Part shown: positions 54,771 to 64,000 of the stretch, piece after piece | How the letters are laid out: each line of letters begins with the position of its first letter | How positions within the stretch are numbered: position 1 is the first letter of the stretch | Assembly (NCBI GenBank): GCA_951406725.2 | Contig: OX597814.1 | Coordinates: 125,736,001-125,800,000 of the forward strand | Reading direction: 5' to 3' | Source of the DNA: Octopus vulgaris | Taxonomy: Eukaryota | Length of the DNA stretch: 64,000 nt | Made by a program: the position numbers and the translations under genes | Notes under the pieces: model-generated | Databases searched by the model: none | Told to the model about the DNA's origin: nothing | What the model saw: the letters and a program-made list of their open reading frames with translations, nothing else

Positions 54771-55369
54771 TGGTTACTGTAGCAGCTGAAAAATATAGTT
54801 TGTGTCCAGTACTCATCGAATTGGAAGTAGTGAGTGCCGTAGTGAGAGTTCTTGTTGTATTTGTAGTAGCGGTGGCGGTGGTGGTGGTGGTGGTTGCGGT
54901 GGTGGCGGCGGCAGTCGTGGTCGTCGTAGTCATCGTCATTGTCGTCATCGTCGTCGTCGTCGTCATCAGCGTCTGGACGGACTCAGTCCTCTTTCTAAGT
55001 TGTTTATCAGTCATGTTGGCGGCGTTGTCGTCATTGGATAATAATAATAATAATAATAATAATCACAGCAACATAAATAATAACAATAGCAACAACAACT
55101 ATAACAGCAACAAAACTAGCAATAATAAATTCACAAAAGGGAAGATTAGAAAACGTCAATGTGAAAGAAGATCCCAAAGTCTTTGGTTTTTACCATGGGA
55201 TAGTTGTGCTAATAATAACAGCAGCAACAACAGCAACCACAACAACAACAACAACAGCTGCGATAGAAACAGTAGTTATTGCAATGTCGGTGAGAGATAC
55301 CGGCCTGAGGCGAGAGTTCTAGGCTCGAGTGGGCCCCGTGTCTACACAAAAGTCGGACCAGTGGTCACA

Positions 55370-55436
55370 ATGGGAATTTTAAACACATTCTGGACTATAG
55401 TGCTTCTGGTTCTTACCCTAGCTGATTGTACCCCAG
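55370..55436 (+). CDS. First coding exon of an unidentified secreted or membrane protein (signal peptide MGILNTFWTIVLLVLTLADCTP-)
   Basis: Strong Kozak context ACAATGG (-3 A, +4 G); hydrophobic core FWTIVLLVLTLA followed by a polar c-region; ends CAG|GTAAAT, a phase-1 splice donor typical of signal-peptide exons; non-repetitive sequence. Confidence 0.75.
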
Positions 55437-55766
55437 GTAAATACTTTTTGTTATTCTTTCTTTAAAGGTTCTTGTTTAATAAAGGGAGACATACACAGCC
55501 GCACAACAAACAGACACGTACAATTTAACATCTTCATCTTTTCACTCATCCTACATTGTCATTTAATTTTTTTATTTTCATTCTTTGTTGTGTATCATTA
55601 GAATTCTATTTTAAACGTGACATGCATGTATACCATGTCTAAATACATATGTGATATATATATATGTTGACTATCAAACCATCCCTCGTTATATATATAT
55701 GTTCCTGTACCTACGTACATACATACCTACATACATACATACATTCATATATATATATATATATAT

Positions 55767-55858
<92 letters not shown>

Positions 55859-56151
55859 GTATGTATATATGTATGTATGTATGTATGTATGCCTGTATAT
55901 ACGTATATGTATAAACGTCATATATATATATATATATATATGCACATCTAAGCATGTATTTATTATAATAATCATATTAGTTGATTTAAGCCATTTAGTT
56001 TTCCATATAGCCATAATGAAAGTGTATAGTATATAACATGTACATGTAATTTATACCATTGTACGTATCTCTTTCATACGTACACACATACATACATACA
56101 AACATATTTATATACATGCATACATACACACATACATACACATATACGTAC

Positions 56152-56214
<63 letters not shown>

Positions 56215-56949
56215 ATATATACGCACACACACATGCATGTGCGCGGGCGCAAAATTATATTTGAAACTCTAAATGTAAGCGTGTGTTTGCGTTTTTGAAT
56301 ATACATACATATCCTCATGTATAACTTTTGTATGTACGTTTGTATATTTCTCTTTGTATGTATGTATGTATGTATGTATGTATGTATGTATGTATGTATG
56401 TATATGTTTATTTTTCTTGATATGCGTGTGTATATGTATGTAGGATGTATGTATGAACAGCTCTCTGTATATGTGTATATGTATGTAAATATATACATAT
56501 GTATTATACGTATGCCTTATATATAGACAATATTAAAATTATTACTGTACACACACACACAATCACACATTTATGAGTACACAAATACACTTGCAATTAC
56601 ACTCACATGCGAAGTTATATATACACAAATACATACATTCTCAAATACATGCATAGTTTCAAAAGTCATTTTCTTATCGTATAAATAAAATATTATTACA
56701 CATGGAATATTATGTGTCGTGTAGTATCTACGACTGAATACAAACTAAATTTAAACATACAAGCGTATTTAAAGTGTTATGCATTCAGACATACATGTAT
56801 GTATGCACGACACGCTGTTTTTATATTGTAGTTTGAATGTGTAAAAGTGTATAATGCATGATGTAATGCGTGCTTTTAAGTATACCGTGTGCATGTTTAA
56901 TAAGTTTGTACGTACGTATATGTATACATGTATGTATATAAATATATAC

Positions 56950-57177
<228 letters not shown>

Positions 57178-57263
57178 GTGTGTGTGCGTGGATGGGTTTG
57201 TGTAGGTGGGACTGTAGGTACGTTGTGTTTGTTTCTATGTACGCATGTATGTACATATATATA

Positions 57264-57318
<55 letters not shown>

Positions 57319-57939
57319 ACATACATACATACATACATACATACATACATACATACATACATACATACATACATACATACATACATACATACATACATAC
57401 ATACATACATACATACATACATACATACATACATTATGTATGTATACATGTGACAGTTGTGTATTGTATGTATGTATGTGTGTTTTTGTATGTAATATAT
57501 GTGTAGAGACGTTCTCTACTTCAACTTGAACCCCGGCTGACAGTTTATGGCTGTCTAACTGTGAACAGTAGATTTATTAAGAGTTCTGTTAGGATCTGAT
57601 AGTTAGTTGCTTTAAAAATGTGTCCGATGCTTGTTTAGGGGTCCCATCTTCCTCTATCTATTATCTCTCAATCTATCTATCTGTCTATCTGTGTGTGTGC
57701 GTGTGTGTGTGTGTGTGTGTGTGCGTGTGTCTGTGTATGTGTGTGTGTGTATTTCCCTGTTCAAACTGGGGCCCCCTGAACAACGGTAGGGAGAGACAGT
57801 GTTGAAAGATGGAGAGTAATCGGCGCCTGCTTGCCATTTTCTATTCAGGGACATTACTCCCTTTTTTTTTCTGGGACACTTGATTCCCTACTTTTTCATT
57901 GCCTACACACATCGTACGCAGTCACAACTCACACTTGCA

Positions 57940-57970
<31 letters not shown>

Positions 57971-58427
57971 GATACACACATATACACATACATACACATA
58001 CTCACACGTACGGACACTGAAAATGTACACCACACATGAACATTTGATACAGTAGTGTACATGTATACACATTAATGATGCATACACACTAACAAACTGT
58101 ACCACACACACACACACACGTTGACACTACTTTATATACACACATTAACGTTCACTGACATACTATTACACACACACATTCAAACATGCATTGACAAAGG
58201 GAAAAACACAACCAGCCTATACCACACGTACACACAATCAACTTTATACACACACATAATATACATGTATACACACAAACAGACGTATCGCCAGTACACC
58301 ACACTTACGCACATGACTGCATAGCTTACACTTAAACATATACAATATACTTGACATACACAGATATACACTCTATAACTACATACACACAGAGACACAT
58401 ACATACATACATACATACATACATACA

Positions 58428-58459
<32 letters not shown>

Positions 58460-58783
58460 CACACACACACACACATGCATACACATACACAAGTACAGAT
58501 TCACACACATATATACATATGACTAATTTATAGCCTACGCATACACACAGGCAATACTTACAATCCATACAGACACATGGCACTATATACCAAACACACA
58601 CGCATATGCAATGTACATGACACACAAACATACACTCTATACAACACATGCACGTATAGATATATGACACCGACATATACTTGATAATACTTTTTACCAC
58701 ACGTACATACATATATACAAAATACATCATTCAAACACATGGCACTATATGTATCACTCACACGCACACACACACACATACAC

Positions 58784-58863
<80 letters not shown>

Positions 58864-58879
58864 CACACCTCACGCCGAG

Positions 58880-59075
58880 AGAGCTTCTGTGTGTGATTGC
58901 TAGATCTACTTGAAATAGCAGACAAATCTTTAAATTTTGCCCACACTGTCTTTTAAAAATGAAAGGATTCTGTGAATAATGTATAGTTCCCAGTGTCTGC
59001 AAAAAAAAAACAGGATGGTCATATCTGGAATGTCTGATCATTCATAGGTCTGTTAAATCAGGGCTGATTAGGGTA
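58880..59075 (+). mobile_element. Family D repeat
   Basis: TGAAATAGCAGACAAATCT...GGATGGTCATATCTGGAATGTCTGATC..ATAGGTCTGTTAAATCAGGGCTGA. Confidence 0.75.
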
Positions 59076-60271
59076 CCACTTATGGAACCATGCATCACAG
59101 CCACAGACACACACACACACACACGCACACAATACACTGCTCAAATGCACGGACACTTTATTCTACACTCACGCATAATACGATAGTTACATACACACAC
59201 ACACATACAGACGCAAACACTTACATCACTCACACACACATACATTCAGACGCAGACACTTAACGTCACACATACAGAGACACCGCATCGCTCATACATA
59301 CACAGACGGCACATATACATATACACGCAGTAAGCATCCCTAGGCATCTTCTACTCAACTTCTTCCTCCTTAACGGCCATTCTGAGTACATCATCTCTCT
59401 ACACCTTGAAGTGTGTGTGTGCGTATATATATATGAGTGTGTCTCTATCTCTCTTTTTCTACCTCCCCTTCTATCTTTTTCTACCCTCTCTCTATTTCTA
59501 TTACTTTCTCTCTCTCTCTCAACCCTTTTTTCCATCTATCGCTCACACTTTACTTCTCTCTTTCTTTATAATTTTCTTATCCTGTCAGCCTTCCTACCTA
59601 GCTCTCCCGCTTTCTCTGTCTCTCTTTCTCTACATGTAACTCTCTCTGTCTCCCCGTCTGTCTCTCTCTACATCTCTCTCTTTCTCTGCAGCCATATCTT
59701 GTTATCTTCCATCTCTGAACACTTATCTTTTATTTACTTTATCTCTCATCTTCCTCTCTTCTTCTCGTCTCTTCCTCCCTTTCCTAGTCCATGTTGTCTC
59801 TCAACCCCACCGCCATCACGACTGTACCGTTCTTTTTTTGTTTCTTTCCCTCAACCCTCGAGCCAGTTCTTTCCTCTTCCTTTTTGACTTCCTTACCTCA
59901 CCACACCAACATCATCATCATCATCATCATCATCAACAACACCTCTATCACCATCAACAACAGCATCGAATGTTACATCTTCCATCTCCGCCTCCTACGA
60001 TCTCTTAATCTCCCGTCACCAACTTCACCACCACCACCACCATCATCATCCTAACGTCAGTGACACTCCCCCACCTTTCCTCTTCATCGCTTTCCATGTG
60101 CTGTTCAGCTCGTAAACAAAACCGATTAACCGTTTACACACCTCCCTGCCCCCCTCTCTCATAGACGCGTGTGCTCCTGCTGCTGTTGTTATTACCATCA
60201 CCTTCACCACCACCATCACCACAACCACCAGCACCACCACCACCACCACACCACTAACAACCGACTCACGA

Positions 60272-61062
60272 AAGAACCTCTACGTGGTCGGTCGTTTTGC
60301 TAGAAATATCAGCCATATCTCCCTCGAATCACACCCTACCGTTTTAGAAAAAACGACGCATTGGATCATGTGATTCTGAGTTCCCTGCATGTAGGAAAAA
60401 GACGGAAGGGTTATGACTTAAACGCCTCTTTAAACATAGGAACACTCGATGGGGTGTCTGGCCTGGAGCTAAACAGCACTAACGATCACCTACCACCCCA
60501 GCAACACTTGTTAGAAATAGCAGTCAAATGTTGCCCTTATCGCACCCTACCGTCTTAGAAGAGATAAACCTGGTAAGTCGGATTGTGTAGTCCTAGTCTG
60601 GGAGTGAGGAAGCGGAAAACCAAGATGGGATGATCAGAGTGAGAACGTTTCCGATCATAGTTTTGCTAAATCAGGTCTGACCTAGTGCTAAAGAAAAATA
60701 ACAACCACTTCAGCGCCATGTGTCAATTGATGGAGCCTTGCGGTGGCTCGCTCTGGTGGAAATAGCAGCCGAGTCTCCCTCAAATCGATCCCTAATACAT
60801 ACATGTGCCCATAAGAGAGGGTGTGTGTATACCTACATATGTGTTTGTGTGTGTATGTGCGTGCGTGTGTGTATACACATATGTATATTCTTAGCCTATA
60901 AGACACGATGGTCATGGCCAGATACCTTTGATCGTGGGTCTGCTCATTCAAAGTTGGTGTGGAGCTACACAACAATAGCAAGTACACCACCGCTACTACA
61001 CCACTCTGCCAGAAATAACAGCCAAATTTACTGCAGAGAACACCCTGTCGTCTTGAATAAGG
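60272..61062 (+). mobile_element. Cluster of four same-orientation family D repeats
   Basis: The TAGAAATAGCAGCCAAAT..CACCCT.CCGTCTT-like block recurs at ~60300, ~60512, ~60758 and ~61010. Confidence 0.75.
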
Positions 61063-62280
61063 GAGAAATCATTTAAAGACAGAGAGATGGGGGGGGGGTG
61101 AGTTTTCAGAATAAACGTTTTAAGATACAATTCATTTTCAAGAATTTATCAGTAATTAAGATCTTTCAATTCATAAAAGCAAAACCAAAAGATTTATCCG
61201 CAAAAAAATATTGGACATGCTGGGAGTTTTTTTTCTGTTTTCTTTTTTTTTTTTTTATTATATGAAACTTTATTAATCGGTTATCAGCTAGTTAATGTTT
61301 AGTCTGTCATGGCTCCTTTGGTTAATACAGACGTTTAAAGTAAATAAATAGATTGTCTAGTGTAGATAGGATGTCACGGCTGAAATCTGAAATGACTGAT
61401 TACACAGTTTTCTGCTCCATCGTGAGTTTACTTGGGGTTAAACAAAAGGTACCATATTACACATGCACAAATCTAGCACCCCAATTACCACACATCTCCA
61501 TCCTCAAGCAACCATCAAACCACACCACCACCACCGAACTACCATGACACCACCACCCCTTAGTCCACCATCCTACGAATCACCACAGTAGGCAACAACC
61601 ACCCAATCATCCCACTAGTAACATAACAAGTAATATCTTACCCTATCTCCCTACAGAGACGTTATTCAGTATCAACCCTCTTTCTCTCACAATAATGAAC
61701 CAAACCAACTAGCACAACTTATATCATCACCTGTCCCCTTTCCGCTTCAGTTTTTTCTCTTTCTTTTTTCTCCTTCCCCCTACCACTATTTTTCTGTCCC
61801 CCATCAAAACTTCATCATTGGACTGAGACATTGATGACAATAGCATCACAACATACTAACATCAGCCGTTGAGTCGGCAGTGTTACAACAGCCCGCTTTA
61901 CCGCTGGCTACACTTCGACTAAATTGATCAGCAATTCCGAATGAATATTTACCGCCTTCACACTCCTTTGTCTCTCTACATCATATATAACACTGCCTTG
62001 TCTTAGATGGAAGATAGAAGATGGTAGTGTTAACAACAAGGGAAGCGGGGATGATGTCTCAAAACTTTACTCACGACTATATGTATATATATGAGCATAT
62101 GTTATGTGTGTGTGTGTATGTTATATACATATAAATGTTTTACACATTCTCGTCTCTCACTCCCTCTCTTTACATATACATGCACACCCACATCTATATG
62201 CGTGTATATATATATATATGTGTGTGTGTTTGTGTGTATGCATGTATATATGTATACATACATTCATATCTATCTGTCTG

Positions 62281-62339
<59 letters not shown>

Positions 62340-62417
62340 CTATCTATCAGTCTGTCTCTCTTTCTCTTTCCCTCTCTATCTACTTATATATCAATCTCTC
62401 TCTCTCTCTCTCTCTCT

Positions 62418-62473
<56 letters not shown>

Positions 62474-62749
62474 GCACACATACACATTTATCCGCCTATA
62501 CCTGTCTGCCTGTATGTATGCATATACTTCTGTTTTTTGTTTGTTTTTTAAAGCTAGAAAACCACAATTTCGACGAAAACTTGTCAATACATAAATGGAT
62601 GTATTTATTTAAAAAGAAAAAAAAAGACTTACACACCTAGTCGCGATTCCTTCCCTACAGGTTTTGACATATACTGCAGAGAAGGAAACGAGATTATAAA
62701 AATGATTGATTTTACATATACATACGTCTGTGTGTTTGTGAGTGAGTGT

Positions 62750-62834
<85 letters not shown>

Positions 62835-62920
62835 CATACATGCACACATGTGAAGGTGGTGCTGGTACTCGACGATGGCATTTGCTCTGATAGCTAAAAT
62901 AAACTAAAGATATATACATA

Positions 62921-63009
<89 letters not shown>

Positions 63010-63592
63010 TTGGAAAACTTAGAATGTATATATATTTGTATGTATATGTATCTATATATGCATATATATATGCTTGTATGTATGTATATATATATACATA
63101 CAAGCATATATATACATATGCATGTATACATATATATATATAAATACATATATATATATATAAACATGAGTAGCATATATTTGTGTATGTACATACGTAT
63201 GTCTGTCTGTGCGCATGCATCACCAGCATGCGATTGGTGTTGGAAGTGTATGGTATCAAAGCTAACGGTAGCAAGCGTACTTTGTTCTGCTAACAGTATT
63301 TCTGCAACCCCTGAACACCACATTTCAGATTGGACCTTAGATCTGGTGTAATAAATCTGGCAAATACAAAAATCAAAAACCTATTAGACTTCAGTGTAAG
63401 GGTAAGGGCAGGAGGGGTGACGGAGGAAGATAGATCTAGGGAGAGGGTGGCGGTGCTAGGAGAGGGTGATGATGGTGCTGCACTTGTAACCGTTTTCTTG
63501 ATGTGGTCTAAAAAAACATTGATCAATACTGGTTAGTCATCTGTGATCTAACGAGACACACACACATATATGTACATGTATATGTATGTATG

Positions 63593-63671
<79 letters not shown>

Positions 63672-64000
63672 ATGTATGTATGTATGTATATATATATGTA
63701 CAGACACATATACATGTATTTATACACATACACATGTATGTATATATATGAATGTATATGTATACATGTATGTATATATGTATGTATGTGTATATATTTA
63801 TATTTATATATATATATATATACACAAATGTTCACATACATACATTCAGACACGTGTGTGTATGTATATATGTGTGTGTGTGTATACGTATACATATATA
63901 TATAGATATACAGATATACAAGTATATCATTATACACATGTATATACATACAAATACATACATATATCACGTGTTTGCTTTTTTTTTTTTTTCACCTTTT

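Noticed and set aside
62661-62737. Possible phase-1 exon 2 (CCTTCCCTACAG|GTTTTGAC...TTT|GTGAGT; GFDIYCREGNEIIKMIDF..)
   Set aside because: The frame is open, but the 3' part and donor lie in (TG)n-derived sequence and the peptide shows no recognisable motif. It needs RNA-seq before acceptance.
61640-63360. Other acceptor-like AG sites (~61656, ~63296, ~63328) as exon 2 candidates
   Set aside because: The phase-1 continuation hits a stop codon within about 20 codons in each case.

Overview
Eukaryotic, AT-rich, extremely microsatellite-dense DNA. The SINE families and repeat landscape resemble an octopod (coleoid cephalopod) genome; this is an inference, not a database match. Almost every ORF in the supplied track is microsatellite translation noise. 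About 55 kb is a field of decayed transposons: three Ty3/Gypsy relics (one with polypurine tract and 3' LTR), a frameshifted Helitron Rep relic, three R4/Dong-like (RLE) non-LTR relics, three APE-RT LINE relics, an RTE-like 3' end, a mariner relic and dozens of copies of four short interspersed families (labelled A-D here). The only convincing host-gene signal is a first coding exon at 55370-55436 (+), encoding a signal-peptide-like MGILNTFWTIVLLVLTLADCTP and ending in a phase-1 donor. It follows a long, in-frame-open, Asn-repeat-rich leader, and its intron apparently runs off the window. I found no clearly novel multi-gene system. The best second-look items are that exon and its leader, a SINE tetramer inside one target-site duplication, a LINE/SINE pair sharing a 3' tail, and a SINE that seeds microsatellites. 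Coordinates of decayed elements are approximate (about +/-10-30 bp).
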